Positions 1 through 10,097 of a stretch of DNA of 64,000 bases are shown here, one piece after another. This stretch comes from Cenarchaeum sp. (GTDB lineage: Archaea > Thermoproteota > Nitrososphaeria > Nitrososphaerales > Nitrosopumilaceae). Position 1 is the stretch's first letter, and every line of letters starts with the position of its first letter. Made by a program: the position numbers and the translations under genes. The DNA lies in the NCBI GenBank assembly GCA_963692915.1, contig OY843584.1:832001-896000 (forward strand), given 5' to 3'. Under the pieces are notes generated by a model. It saw only the letters and a program-made list of their open reading frames with translations. It was not told where the DNA came from and made no database searches.

Positions 1-306
1 CGATATCCAGACGCGGTGTCGCTTTATCGCAAACGAGATTATCTGGGCCTTTGTGCGCTCTTCCCAGATAAACTCGATCGGCCCGAGGCTCTTGTCAAAG
101 TATGTCTCGAGGTCTGTCCTCATCGCAATGTGCGAAAACTGATAGTGCGTGTCGCGCTCGTTGAGCAGCGGGCGCAGGTTTGAGCGGCGGTTGTACGCGA
201 GGAGCTCGCCGCTCTCGCCGATCATGCCGACAAAGCGGATGACAGGGCTTATCGAGGCGATCGCATTGCATATCAAGCCATACTTTTTCTTGAGGCGGGC
301 CGACAT
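1..306 (-). CDS. DUF6659-like thaumarchaeal protein, runs off the left edge (partial)
   Basis: My own translation from ATG 306: MSARLKKKYGLICNAIASISPVIRFVGMIGESGELLAYNRRSNLRPLL...FDKSLGPIEFIWEER; same pattern as the paralog at 52025-52426. Confidence 0.7.
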   Translation of the reverse strand, partial: MSARLKKKYGLICNAIASISPVIRFVGMIGESGELLAYNRRSNLRPLLNERDTHYQFSHIAMRTDLETYFDKSLGPIEFIWEERTKAQIISFAIKRHRVWIS

Positions 307-522
307 GGCGCACGCTCGCCATGCCGAGCTATATTTGCGTGTCGGCGCCTGCATACACGGATCGCGCACTCAGGCGCAAGATCGCCGTGCGCGCCAGCTG
401 CGGCGCCCTGCAGGCCCGCATCCTGGCACTAGGACGCGTGCGCCAGGGGACACGCCGTGCCAGAACGAGCCCCCACAGACCCTTAACACATATTTAACTT
501 GGCCCGAACCAGTCGTGCCAGA

Positions 523-2235
523 ATGGTCGAGAACCTCGAGTACGACCTTGTTATATGCGGATCCGGCCTAGCCGGCCTACGCGCAGCCATCGCCGCCGCA
601 ACCAGGAAGCCCTCGCTAAAGATAGGCGTCGTCTCAAAAGTCCAGGTCATGAGGTCGCACTCGGTCTCAGCCGAGGGAGGCACGGCCGCGGCGATCTTTG
701 AGGATGAGGGCGACAGCATAGAGTCGCACATCTATGACACCGTAAAGGGAAGCGACTTTTTGGCAGACCAGGACGTAGCCGAGAGGCTCTGCCGCGAGAT
801 GCCGCACGAGATCTACCAGCTTGAGCACTGGGGCATGCCATGGTCACGCAGAAAGGATGGGAGGATTGACCAGCGCGCCTTTGGCGGGTATAGCTTTCCG
901 CGCGCAACGTACGCGTCTGACAAGGTGGGCTTTTTCGAGATGCAGACGCTCTATGACACGTGCCAGAAACATGAGAACATAGAGTACCTCAACGAGTGGT
1001 TTGTCAGTGCCATCATACACGATGGCAAGAGGTTCCTCGGCGTCACGGCAATAGAGCTCGCGACTGGCACGTTCTATGCGATAAAGGCAAAGGCCCTAAT
1101 CATAGCCACAGGGGGTGCCGGAAGGCTCTATAGCTTTTCAACGTATGCGCACTCGTCGACTCCGGATGGGCTTGACATGGCGTTTCGCGCCGGCATGGCA
1201 CTAAAGGACATGGAGTTTGTCCAGTTTCACCCAACGGGCATAATGCCGTCTGGCATACTAATCACGGAGGGTGCGCGCGGCGAGGGCGGACACCTCCTCA
1301 ACAGTGAGGGTGAACGCTTCATGTCCGCGTATGCGCCCTCAAAGATGGAGCTTGCGCCGCGCGACATCGTGTCAAGGTCCATAATGACCGAGATTGCCGA
1401 GGGGCGGGGCCTCAAGAGCATGACTGGTACTGACTGTGTAAAGCTCGACTTGCGCCATGTTGGAGACGCCACGATACGCGAAAAGCTTGGCGCAATACGC
1501 GAGATTAGCATAAAGTTCTCCGGCGTGGATCCGTCCAAAGAGCCGATCGACGTGAGACCCGTCTGCCACTACATGATGGGCGGCATACACACGGACATTG
1601 ACGGCAAGACCGAGCTCGCCGGAGTGTGGGCCGCCGGCGAGGCCGCATGCAACAGCACTCACGGGTCAAACAGGCTTGGGGCCAACTCGACGTCTGAGTG
1701 CATAGTGTGGGGCAAGATAGTCGGCGAGCTCGCCGCCGACTATGCTACTGCCGGCGTCGCGCAGACGCCCTGGCCACACCACCTCGTGGCCGCCGAGGAG
1801 AGCCGGATATATGGCGAGATATTTAGGGGGAGTGGTGACGTAAACCCCTATGAGGTCCGGCAAGAGCTGACAGACACGATGAACGAGTTCGCCTACGTGT
1901 ACCGCGATGAGGGCGGCTTGGCCGAGGGCCTGCGCAGACTTCGCGAGCTGCGCTCAAGGCCATGGAAGCACGTAGAGGACAAGGCCAGCGAGTACAACAC
2001 CAACTTTGTCAACGTCATGGAGCTCGACTCGATGTTTCGCGTGGCCGAGGTCGTCCTAGTCGGCGCGCTAAACCGCAAAGAGTCGCGCGGTGCGCACGCG
2101 CGCACTGACTATCCAAGGCGCGATGACGAGTCGTTCCTCCACCATACGCTGGCGTACCATGGCGCCGAGGAGCCCATAATGAGGACGTCGCCAGTCACGA
2201 TAACGAACTACCAGCCAGTGGAGAGAAAGTACTGA
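523..2235 (+). CDS. sdhA: Succinate dehydrogenase/fumarate reductase flavoprotein subunit
   Basis: GSGLAG FAD motif, RSHSVSAEGG covalent-FAD His, QFHPTG, HYMMGG, HGSNRLGANS, ESRGAH; ATG 523 lies ~25 nt after the TATA-like TATTTAA. Confidence 0.97.
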   Translation: MVENLEYDLVICGSGLAGLRAAIAAATRKPSLKIGVVSKVQVMRSHSVSAEGGTAAAIFEDEGDSIESHIYDTVKGSDFLADQDVAERLCREMPHEIYQLEHWGMPWSRRKDGRIDQRAFGGYSFPRATYASDKVGFFEMQTLYDTCQKHENIEYLNEWFVSAIIHDGKRFLGVTAIELATGTFYAIKAKALIIATGGAGRLYSFSTYAHSSTPDGLDMAFRAGMALKDMEFVQFHPTGIMPSGILITEGARGEGGHLLNSEGERFMSAYAPSKMELAPRDIVSRSIMTEIAEGRGLKSMTGTDCVKLDLRHVGDATIREKLGAIREISIKFSGVDPSKEPIDVRPVCHYMMGGIHTDIDGKTELAGVWAAGEAACNSTHGSNRLGANSTSECIVWGKIVGELAADYATAGVAQTPWPHHLVAAEESRIYGEIFRGSGDVNPYEVRQELTDTMNEFAYVYRDEGGLAEGLRRLRELRSRPWKHVEDKASEYNTNFVNVMELDSMFRVAEVVLVGALNRKESRGAHARTDYPRRDDESFLHHTLAYHGAEEPIMRTSPVTITNYQPVERKY

Positions 2236-2669
2236 TGGCCGACACAGACGAGAACAGGGGCGGCATTCGCGACATGGCAAGCCCGCGGCGCTATGGCATA
2301 GAGCGCGTCGCGTACTGGCTCATGAGGCTCTCAGGCCTGGGACTCCTTGCGTACTTTGTCGGGCACATTTACGAGACGAGCGCAATACTGCGCGGGCGTG
2401 CCGGCTGGGACGAGCTTTTAGCCATGACGCAGAGCACCGAGGGCCATGCGCTCCTTGCGCTAGTCATCGGCATGTGTGTCTTTCACACTGCAAACGGCAT
2501 ACGCCTCATGCTAGTCCAGGGCGGCGTGTGGGCCGGCAAGCCTGGGCGGGCAGACTATCCGTACACGCCGCGCTCGCAGAACGCGCGCAACAAGATTGCA
2601 ATATACTCCTCCATAGTGATGGCCGCCGTCGCGATGGTATACGGCCTGACGGTGATGTTTGGTGAGTGA
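2235..2669 (+). CDS. sdhC: Succinate dehydrogenase cytochrome b membrane anchor
   Basis: Three hydrophobic helices, MRLSG and HTANGIR motifs, position in the operon. Confidence 0.88.
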   Translation: MADTDENRGGIRDMASPRRYGIERVAYWLMRLSGLGLLAYFVGHIYETSAILRGRAGWDELLAMTQSTEGHALLALVIGMCVFHTANGIRLMLVQGGVWAGKPGRADYPYTPRSQNARNKIAIYSSIVMAAVAMVYGLTVMFGE

Positions 2670-2672
2670 GCG

Positions 2673-3017
2673 ATGAGGGAGAGCCACATTATAAGAATCC
2701 ACTATGCGACGGCCCTGGCCGCCGTCGCCCTAGTCGCCGTCCACGTCCTCATGCGCGTGACGCAGGGGTTCGCCGAGTCCCTCGAGTACGAGAGCGTCGT
2801 GGCCAACTATCGCTTCCTCCCGTATGCCGGCCTCCTTGAGATCATACTCGTCCTCCTCTCGATACACGGCTTTAACGGCCTGCGCGTCATACTCCTCGAG
2901 CTCCGCCAGGGTCGCACGTACGAGAGGGCAGTCACGGTCATATGCGTGGCGGCCATGGTAGCAGTTATAGCGTATGGCTCGCGCACGATATTCATGATGA
3001 ACGCGGGGGTGCTCTAG
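2673..3017 (+). CDS. sdhD: Succinate dehydrogenase hydrophobic anchor subunit
   Basis: Three TM segments, HGFNGLR heme-ligand motif, position in the operon. Confidence 0.85.
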   Translation: MRESHIIRIHYATALAAVALVAVHVLMRVTQGFAESLEYESVVANYRFLPYAGLLEIILVLLSIHGFNGLRVILLELRQGRTYERAVTVICVAAMVAVIAYGSRTIFMMNAGVL

Positions 3018-3021
3018 GGAA

Positions 3022-3789
3022 ATGTCAGCGGCCGCAGTGCAGCAGACAGGGAACGCAGAGGCGCCGCAGGCCGATTCGCGTGTCGCGCGCAGGCTCCGCA
3101 TAAAGCGCTCAAACCCGTCAACCGGAGAGGCGGGGTCATACTCGGAGTTTGACGTCGAGGCCGATCCATGGACGACTGTCCTCGACGTCATACTAGAGGC
3201 AAAAAAGAACGTGGACCATTCTGTCGGCGTGCGCTACTCTTGCAGGCAGGCGACATGCGGCTCGTGCGGCATGATGATAAACGGCAAGCCGCGCCTTGCG
3301 TGCTTTACAAAGGTGAGCGAGCTTGACAGTGACACGATAACAGTCGAGCCGATGCAGAACTTTCCGGTCGTTCGCGACCTCGTCGTCGGCTTTGATCGCC
3401 TGTTCAGATCGCATCATAGGGTAAAGCCGTACATCATTAGCGATGAGGCTGACATTACAGAAGGGGTGCGCGAGACGCCGCAGACTCCCGAGGAGGTCGA
3501 ACGCTATATCCAGTTTGCCGGGTGCATAAAGTGCGGCTTGTGCAACTCGGCGTGCCCCACGATGGCAACAGACTCGCAGTTTATCGGGCCACAGTCCCTA
3601 GCGCAGGTGTACAGGTATGTTGCTGACACGCGCGACCACGGCAAGGACGAGCGCCTAAAGATTATCGACGACTCACACGGCATATGGAGGTGCCACTATG
3701 CGGGCTCGTGCAGCAAGGTGTGCCCAAAGGGTGTCGATCCAGCCATGGGAATACAGCTCCTAAAGGGGCACATGCTCGGCCTCAGGTAG
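3022..3789 (+). CDS. sdhB: Succinate dehydrogenase iron-sulfur subunit
   Basis: SCRQATCGSC...C (2Fe-2S), CIKCGLCNSACP, CHYAGSCSKVCP. Confidence 0.97.
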   Translation: MSAAAVQQTGNAEAPQADSRVARRLRIKRSNPSTGEAGSYSEFDVEADPWTTVLDVILEAKKNVDHSVGVRYSCRQATCGSCGMMINGKPRLACFTKVSELDSDTITVEPMQNFPVVRDLVVGFDRLFRSHHRVKPYIISDEADITEGVRETPQTPEEVERYIQFAGCIKCGLCNSACPTMATDSQFIGPQSLAQVYRYVADTRDHGKDERLKIIDDSHGIWRCHYAGSCSKVCPKGVDPAMGIQLLKGHMLGLR

Positions 3790-4189
3790 TGCCATCAGGG
3801 CGCGTACCCTGCGCCGCAGTTGACTTGCCGTCACCGGGTTCTTCGCTGGCCGTGTCAGCCTGTGGCGCTCCGTCTTTTGGCGGCTTTGGGCTGCTGTTGA
3901 CCTGGTTGTTTATCTGCTCGGCCATAAAGTGGTTTGACACGTTTACCGTGACATTGTCGACGGTGTCTATCTTTAGGAGGTAGTCATGGATGTCCTGGCA
4001 TATCTTGAACCCAAAGACGGCAGGGCAGAACGGGCTCGTCAGGTGGAGGTCGACCTTTATGTCGCTGCCCTCGATGTCCACATTGTCTATGAGCTCGAGG
4101 TCAGTTATCGACGTGTTTATCTCGGGATCCACGATCTTTGAGAGCTCATCAAAGATCCGCACGCGAAGCTGCCTTGTCTCCTCGGACAC
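3782..4189 (-). CDS. DUF59/SufT-like Fe-S cluster assembly protein
   Basis: DPE...SITDLELI and LTSPFCP motifs. Confidence 0.9.
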   Translation of the reverse strand: MSEETRQLRVRIFDELSKIVDPEINTSITDLELIDNVDIEGSDIKVDLHLTSPFCPAVFGFKICQDIHDYLLKIDTVDNVTVNVSNHFMAEQINNQVNSSPKPPKDGAPQADTASEEPGDGKSTAAQGTRPDGTT

Positions 4190-4210
4190 GCCTTGCGCAC
4201 ACCGTTGACG

Positions 4211-4220
4211 CTATATATAA
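4211..4220. promoter_or_regulatory. Probable bidirectional TATA box for the DUF59 gene and argH
   Basis: CTATATATAA in a ~45-bp divergent gap, about 20 nt from both GTG starts. Confidence 0.6.
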
Positions 4221-4232
4221 CCACTGCGGAGG

Positions 4233-5714
4233 GTGCGCGTGTACCGCGCAAGGATGGGCGAGGGTCTCGATGATGCCGTCGCCTCGTACGTCTCCTCAGC
4301 CGACGATGATGCAGTGATTGCGCAGTATGACATTCTTGGCAGCATGGCCCATGTCGTCATGCTCCATGACCGCAAGATCATCTCGCGCGCCGATGCTGGG
4401 GCCATACTTGCCGCACTTTCGAGAATTTCGGCGAGTCCGCCTGAGCCACACGATGGCGCCGAGGACATTCACGAGCTCATAGAGGCCGACGTGATCAGGA
4501 AGGCCGGCAAGGGCGCAGGCGGACGCATGCACACGGCCAGGTCGCGCAACGACCAGGTGTCCCTTGACATCCGCCTAAAGCTGCGTGATGACGTCAATGA
4601 CGTCTGCACGCTGGCCATAGGGCTTGCAGAGGCGATGGCCGCCGTCGCAAGTGCACACAAAAAGACTGTCATGCCGCTCTACACGCATATGCAGCAGGCT
4701 CAGTACGGGACGCTCTCACACTATATGATCGCCCACATTGATGCCCTCATGCGCGACGTTGAGCGCCTCTCCTCGGCGTACACGCGCATCAACCAGTGTC
4801 CCCTAGGCGCCGGCGCAGTCGGCGGAACGAGCCTAAACATCGACAGGCGGCAGGTCGCCAGGCTTCTCGGGTTTGGCGGCATAGTCGAGAACGCCCTTGA
4901 TGCGACAGGCTCACGCGATCACGTCGCCGAGTACGTTGCGGCCATAGCCATAATGATGTCAGGCCTGAGCAGGATTGCCGAGGACATTGCGATATGGTCA
5001 ACGAGCGAGTTTTCGTTCGTCGAGCTTGGCGGCTCGGTGTCATCACCATCAAGTGTCCTGCCGCAAAAAAAGAACCCCGACGTGCTAGAGCTCACGCGTG
5101 GCAAGGCTGCCGAGACTCTCGGCGGGCTCGTCACGACGATTGCGGCGACAAAGGGCCTTGCGTCCGGATACTCGCGCGACCTACAGCAGTCAAAGCTCGC
5201 CGCATGGGCCGCGACACGGACCGCAGTCGGCGCGCTTGCGATCCTGCGCACGGCAATATCCGGAATGAGCGTGAATGTCGATCGCATGGCCGAGGCGGCC
5301 AGGTCAGGCGACCTTGACGCCCTAGAGATCGCCGAGATCCTAGTCGCCGGCGGCAATGTGCCCTTTAGGTCGGCCCACATGATCGTCGGCCGGCTCGTAA
5401 AGAGCGCGCACGCCTCTGGCGTGGGCCTGGGCGAGGTTGGCGACAGGGCAGTCAGCATTGCAGTCAGGGGGACAGGCGTGAGCGTCAAGGATCTGCGTAG
5501 CGCAATCGGGCGCTGCGGGGCCCTCGCGTCGCTGCGCCGGCGCGGCTCGATGGGCTCATCAGGATATGCCGAGCAGGCAAGGATGACGCGGGCCAGGCTG
5601 CGCTCGATTCCAAAATACCGTCGCGAAGTGGATATGCGCCGGAGCGCAGTCAGCGAGGCGTATGCGGTTCTCGGAAAGAGGGTTCGCGCCCTAGGGGCGC
5701 GCCGCAAGTCCTAG
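4233..5714 (+). CDS. argH: Argininosuccinate lyase (start may be GTG 4239)
   Basis: EDIHE, HTARSRNDQV, YTHMQQAQ, SSVLPQKKNPD signature. Confidence 0.96.
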   Translation: MRVYRARMGEGLDDAVASYVSSADDDAVIAQYDILGSMAHVVMLHDRKIISRADAGAILAALSRISASPPEPHDGAEDIHELIEADVIRKAGKGAGGRMHTARSRNDQVSLDIRLKLRDDVNDVCTLAIGLAEAMAAVASAHKKTVMPLYTHMQQAQYGTLSHYMIAHIDALMRDVERLSSAYTRINQCPLGAGAVGGTSLNIDRRQVARLLGFGGIVENALDATGSRDHVAEYVAAIAIMMSGLSRIAEDIAIWSTSEFSFVELGGSVSSPSSVLPQKKNPDVLELTRGKAAETLGGLVTTIAATKGLASGYSRDLQQSKLAAWAATRTAVGALAILRTAISGMSVNVDRMAEAARSGDLDALEIAEILVAGGNVPFRSAHMIVGRLVKSAHASGVGLGEVGDRAVSIAVRGTGVSVKDLRSAIGRCGALASLRRRGSMGSSGYAEQARMTRARLRSIPKYRREVDMRRSAVSEAYAVLGKRVRALGARRKS

Positions 5715-5760
5715 TGGGCAAAAAACTCTGCAATGGTTCCAGGATTGTGCGCGCAGGTCC

Positions 5761-6228
5761 CTAGTGAAGAAATCGAGGCAGGCTGCGAATCTTGTGGGCA
5801 AGCGATAGGCTTCCCGGACCGGCGACGATGACGAGAAGCGAGACGGCCAGGAGCATGAGGTCATACTCGTACGCGTCGGCCCCCTCGGCGCCGGCGTATG
5901 AGGCCAGGCCCTTTATGACTATCATCGCGGCGAGCATGATGACTGCGATTATCGAGGCCGATATGCGGCTCAGGACGCCGATGACTAGGAGTATGCCGGG
6001 TATAAACTCGCCGGCTGCGATAAGCATCGCAAACTCGGGCGATATGCCATATGTCGACATCCAGCCGATAAAGCCCTCGTTGCCAAACTTGCCATACCCG
6101 TGGACGATGAACGCCACGCCTAGTGCGATCCTGATGCCACAGTAGGCGATATCCGTGAGCCTCTTTGGGCGCAGTGCGGCTCCCTCGAGCTTTTCTCCGG
6201 CCATGCCTGGTCTAGGCGTCTCTTCCAC
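5761..6228 (-). CDS. DoxX family membrane protein
   Basis: RIALGVAFIVHGYGK and YEYDLMLL...GPGSLSL; four TM segments. Confidence 0.88.
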   Translation of the reverse strand: MEETPRPGMAGEKLEGAALRPKRLTDIAYCGIRIALGVAFIVHGYGKFGNEGFIGWMSTYGISPEFAMLIAAGEFIPGILLVIGVLSRISASIIAVIMLAAMIVIKGLASYAGAEGADAYEYDLMLLAVSLLVIVAGPGSLSLAHKIRSLPRFLH

Positions 6229-6337
6229 GCGTCATGGCCCCAACGGGCACTATTTAACTCAAGCGGGCACGGCCGCACGAGCCATGCCGCAGGCACGGTG
6301 ACCCTTTATTATATTGCCACGCGCCCTAGGACGAGTC

Positions 6338-8452
6338 ATGTGCGGTTCGGAGAGGCGCGGTGCGGCCATGCCCGAGTGGAGGGTTGCGATGCTGCCGGCG
6401 CTTGCAGTCTCCTTTGCGCTCATCGCCGTGTCGATCACGGCGATGGCCATAATATCAGACAGCGTGACGAAGGGGTCGATAAACTCGCTTGTCGGCGAGC
6501 AGTCGACGTTCGCCTCGCACGCGGCCCTGGCTAGAATCGACGAGGAGATCAATGACCGGATAGGCGAGCTGCGCGTGCTGGGAACCGAGCCGAGGATCCG
6601 CGCCGCCCTGGCGCACCACAACTCTGGTGGTGACGGGCCGCGGGGGCTTGTGCATGCGCGAGCCGAGGCGCTGCTAGGGGAGAGGGTCGGCTCGCAGGGG
6701 GCGCCGTTTGCCGCAATTGCGCTACTGGGGGAAGACGGGCGCACCGTCGCCAAGGGCGGCGTGGGCACAGACACCGTCACATCCGGCGAGCGCGACGTGC
6801 TAGTGTCTGATGCGCACTATGACGCGACGATCGGCAGGGATGTCATCAGGATCAGCACCACGCTGAGGGACGCAGGGGGCGCAGTCTCCGGCGAGCTCGT
6901 CGCGTTCATGGAGATGCACGAGGTCTATCGCATTGCCCTAGAGACGCAGAACAGCGTGCGCCTCGGCATGGCGACTGTGGACATTTACAGGCTCGACGGC
7001 CGTCCCGTCTACTCGTCCTCCCCACACGGGAACTTTGGCTCCCTTGAGCTAGTCGCGCCGGGCTTTGCGCAGGTTCCCGAGGGCGTCAGGGACGAGCTCG
7101 AGAGGCGCTTTGGCGAGATCGACGCCGAGTATGATCGCGTTTTAGCCGAGTACGGCGTTGAGGTGCCCGTTCTAGACGAGGATGAGGCCCACGAGTACAC
7201 GGCCCGCGTCAGGGAGCTCGACGAGCGCTATATGGGAATCATCTCCGGTGTGGACGGCAGCGTCGATGGCCTCGGGGCCGATGAGCTCAGGTGGGCCATG
7301 GAGGGCGCGCTCTCTGATGCCGTGATCATCGGCGAGATTGAGGGCATTATCGACGAGGCTAGCGCCGGCTCCCTAGAGGGCGTCTTTGAGGCCTATGACG
7401 TCGAGTACCGCGAGATCGCCGCAGACTATGGCATAAGCGAGCCCATACTGACTGAGGACGAGGAGATCGCACTAGCCGCCGAGACTGCGCGCATAGACGA
7501 GATGTCCTCAAGGGTCTATGACGGCCTTGATGTCGACTATACCTTTGGCGAGCGCGGGTTTGTCGTTGTGGGCCACGGCGAGGAGGAGACGCTCCACTCG
7601 TTCTCGCGGCAGGCCGGATACGGCGACTTTGACGGCCTTGGCTGGACGCTAGTCATCCACACAAACCTCAACGACGCCCTCGTCGAGGCCAACTCGCAGC
7701 GCAACGCGCTCCTCGCGCTAGCCGCCGTTATCGGCATTGTCGCCGGCGCGCTGAGCGCATACCTTGCGCGCACAATGTACTTTCAGTCAAGGCGGCTTCG
7801 CCAGACCGAAAAGATCGGCGCAATAGGGCACCTTGCCTCAAACATCGCGCACGACCTGCGCAACCCACTCGGGATCATACGCAACTCGACTGAGCGCATC
7901 AGGAGGCAGGTCGGAGGCGGGGACGGCATCGTCGACGGCGAGCTCGACAGGGTGAACCGCGCGATATCCAGAATGTCGCACCAGATCGAGGGTGTCCTAA
8001 ACTATGTTCGCACGACTCCGGTTATAGCAAAGGAGTGTCGCGTGAGCGAGATGCTAAAGTATGCCGTAGAGTCAATCGAGATTCCGGCCAACGTGTCTGT
8101 CGACCTGCCGCACGAGGACGTAGTCATCGAGTGTGACCGCGAAAAGATAGAGATCACGTTTGCGAACCTGCTCCTCAATGCGGTTCATGCGATCGGCGAG
8201 CAGGACGGTAAGATAGCGGTTCGCATGGCCGAGCGTGGCGATGCGATACACATGGAGTTTGAGAACACGGGGCCGGCCATACCAGAGGGCGACCTGCCGC
8301 ACATATTTGAGCCGCTCTTTACGACAAAGCTAAAGGGCACTGGCCTTGGCCTGTCAGGCTGCCGCAACATTGTCGAGCAGCACGGCGGCACGATAGGCGC
8401 GTCTGCGAGCCCCGTCGTGTTTGCCGTGATGCTGCCCAAAAGGCAGCAATAG
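6338..8452 (+). CDS. Membrane sensor histidine kinase with a large extracytoplasmic (Cache-like) region
   Basis: Two TM segments; H-box IAHDLRNPL, N-box NLLLNA, FEPLFTTK, GTGLGL; start chosen at ATG 6338 after TTTATTATA. Confidence 0.92.
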   Translation: MCGSERRGAAMPEWRVAMLPALAVSFALIAVSITAMAIISDSVTKGSINSLVGEQSTFASHAALARIDEEINDRIGELRVLGTEPRIRAALAHHNSGGDGPRGLVHARAEALLGERVGSQGAPFAAIALLGEDGRTVAKGGVGTDTVTSGERDVLVSDAHYDATIGRDVIRISTTLRDAGGAVSGELVAFMEMHEVYRIALETQNSVRLGMATVDIYRLDGRPVYSSSPHGNFGSLELVAPGFAQVPEGVRDELERRFGEIDAEYDRVLAEYGVEVPVLDEDEAHEYTARVRELDERYMGIISGVDGSVDGLGADELRWAMEGALSDAVIIGEIEGIIDEASAGSLEGVFEAYDVEYREIAADYGISEPILTEDEEIALAAETARIDEMSSRVYDGLDVDYTFGERGFVVVGHGEEETLHSFSRQAGYGDFDGLGWTLVIHTNLNDALVEANSQRNALLALAAVIGIVAGALSAYLARTMYFQSRRLRQTEKIGAIGHLASNIAHDLRNPLGIIRNSTERIRRQVGGGDGIVDGELDRVNRAISRMSHQIEGVLNYVRTTPVIAKECRVSEMLKYAVESIEIPANVSVDLPHEDVVIECDREKIEITFANLLLNAVHAIGEQDGKIAVRMAERGDAIHMEFENTGPAIPEGDLPHIFEPLFTTKLKGTGLGLSGCRNIVEQHGGTIGASASPVVFAVMLPKRQQ

Positions 8453-8456
8453 CGCC

Positions 8457-8738
8457 TCAGGCCGTGCGCTTTATGATGTGGTATCCATACTCGGTCTTTA
8501 CGGGCGCCGAGGTCTCGCCCGGTGTTAGCGTAAAGGCAATCTCCTCAAAGGGCTTTACCATCTTGCCTCGCGCAAAATAGCCGAGGTTGCCGTCGCGCTT
8601 TGCGCTTCCCGTGTCAAGGGACGCCTCGCGCGCCAGGCGGCCAAACTTCTCGCCTGACTCTAGGCGCTCGAGGATTGTGATTGCTTCGCCGTGCTTTTTG
8701 ACGAGTATGTGCGAGCACTTTATCTTGGCTGCTGCCAT
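8457..8738 (-). CDS. Parvulin-type peptidyl-prolyl isomerase
   Basis: CSHILVK, FGRLAREAS, GNLGYF, MVKPFEE, TEYGYHIIK. Confidence 0.95.
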   Translation of the reverse strand: MAAAKIKCSHILVKKHGEAITILERLESGEKFGRLAREASLDTGSAKRDGNLGYFARGKMVKPFEEIAFTLTPGETSAPVKTEYGYHIIKRTA

Positions 8739-8910
8739 GGTGCACATGGGCGGATAAAGGGTAAAAAACTGTTTTGGGCGCCCACAGGAGTGGGAAGGTC
8801 AGGGCCGCGCCGCGCAGTGCGGCGATGGCACATGGCGTGTTCGAGCGGCGCCTGCTGCCGATCATAATCATGCCAAAGTTGGGCAACGTGCAGCCACAAT
8901 GCGCGATCCA

Positions 8911-9342
8911 CTACATGGGCAGGAAGGGCAGGACAAACAGAGAGAGCGCAACCATGGCTCCCGCACCGGCAAGCACAAGTCCGGACAGGAGGCTCAGCTG
9001 TGCCATGTGCGCCCTGGCCCCAATCCTGGCCATGTCCTGCTCGCGGCTGGACAGCGCCAGAAAACATGACCTGATTAGCATCACGTATCTCTTGTGATCT
9101 GACATTTTTATCAGTGTGTCTAGCATACCGTCATCCACCTTGCCGCCTTTTACCAAGTTTTCAGACGATATGGGCTGGTATATGTATGACACAGATAGCG
9201 CCCGTGCAGAAAAGATCATCGATATCATCGCCCCTGCAAGTCCGGCCATGCCGAGCATTATTGTGGCCGCTATTGCCTGAACTGGCAGCATTTGAGGATC
9301 AACTATGCGCCTCCGTGATGTCACTTGTGGGTATTGCCTCAA
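8911..9342 (-). CDS. Hypothetical membrane protein (2 TM, possibly N-terminally truncated)
   Basis: Two hydrophobic stretches; TTG start overlaps the stop of a 34-aa upstream ORF. Confidence 0.55.
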   Translation of the reverse strand: MRQYPQVTSRRRIVDPQMLPVQAIAATIMLGMAGLAGAMISMIFSARALSVSYIYQPISSENLVKGGKVDDGMLDTLIKMSDHKRYVMLIRSCFLALSSREQDMARIGARAHMAQLSLLSGLVLAGAGAMVALSLFVLPFLPM

Positions 9343-9443
9343 ACGGCGCGCACATAGCCGCCAATCTCCAAGAGCTCTGGCTTTTTCTTTCTCTCCTTTG
9401 GCTCGGCTGCCTTGGCCTTACCATCAGACTTGTCCTTGCTCAT
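9339..9443 (-). CDS. 34-aa small ORF MSKDKSDGKAKAAEPKERKKKPELLEIGGYVRAV
   Basis: ATG ~25 nt after the minus-strand TATA (TATTTATAA); its TGA overlaps the TTG of the next gene. Confidence 0.45.
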   Translation of the reverse strand: MSKDKSDGKAKAAEPKERKKKPELLEIGGYVRAV

Positions 9444-9677
9444 CAGATGGCCGGAGACTCGCCGTCGTTATAAATATTCCAAAGTCATGCGCGAATGAGG
9501 TCAGCACCTCTCCGCCCATTTGGACAAATGGGCGCGATCTCGCCCAATCCATTTACCGCTGCGGCGCCTGCCTGGGCATGAGCGGTGGCGGTGCTGAGCT
9601 CGTAATGTGCCAGTGCCGGCAAGGCGTAGACAGCAATGCTGGTGCCACGCGTGGCGAGGTTAGCCCTCGTCATCTGA

Positions 9678-10016
9678 CATGTAGGGATAGAGCCTGGCGA
9701 ACTCGAGCTCGGCGGCGGGGCGCCCCACGTTGCCGGGATCGGGCGCGAGGAGCGCCTGAGCAACCGCGGCGAGTGGCTGCGGGACAGCGGCTACGGCCGG
9801 AGTCCGTCAGGAGAGACGGCGTTCTCCACGATCAAGCTGGTGTTCCGCGACCACGTGAGGGCGCTGAACTGGGGCCAGGTGGTCCGCGAGGTGGCATTCA
9901 TGGCGTACGCGTACAACCGGCTGATCGACATGGCGGGCGGTCCGGGGTGAGCCGCGGGGGGCGCGGCCTGGGGCGCCATGCGTGGCACGCGCGGTCACCG
10001 GTTATGAAACAACGCC
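9678..10016 (+). pseudogene. IS5-family transposase C-terminal remnant with one terminal inverted repeat
   Basis: 9678-9950 reads WLRDSGYGRSPSGETAFSTIKLVFRDHVRALNWGQVVREV...YNRL, a degenerate IS5-type Y-R-E-K region; ends in TTATGAAACAACGCC, whose reverse complement GGCGTTGTT resembles an IS903-type end. Confidence 0.7.
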
Positions 10017-10097
10017 GTACACGATACCCTGCCATACCACCTTGAGGCATAAGAAACCTCATGGCATCATGGAACAGGCCAGTCATGCGCGTTCCCG

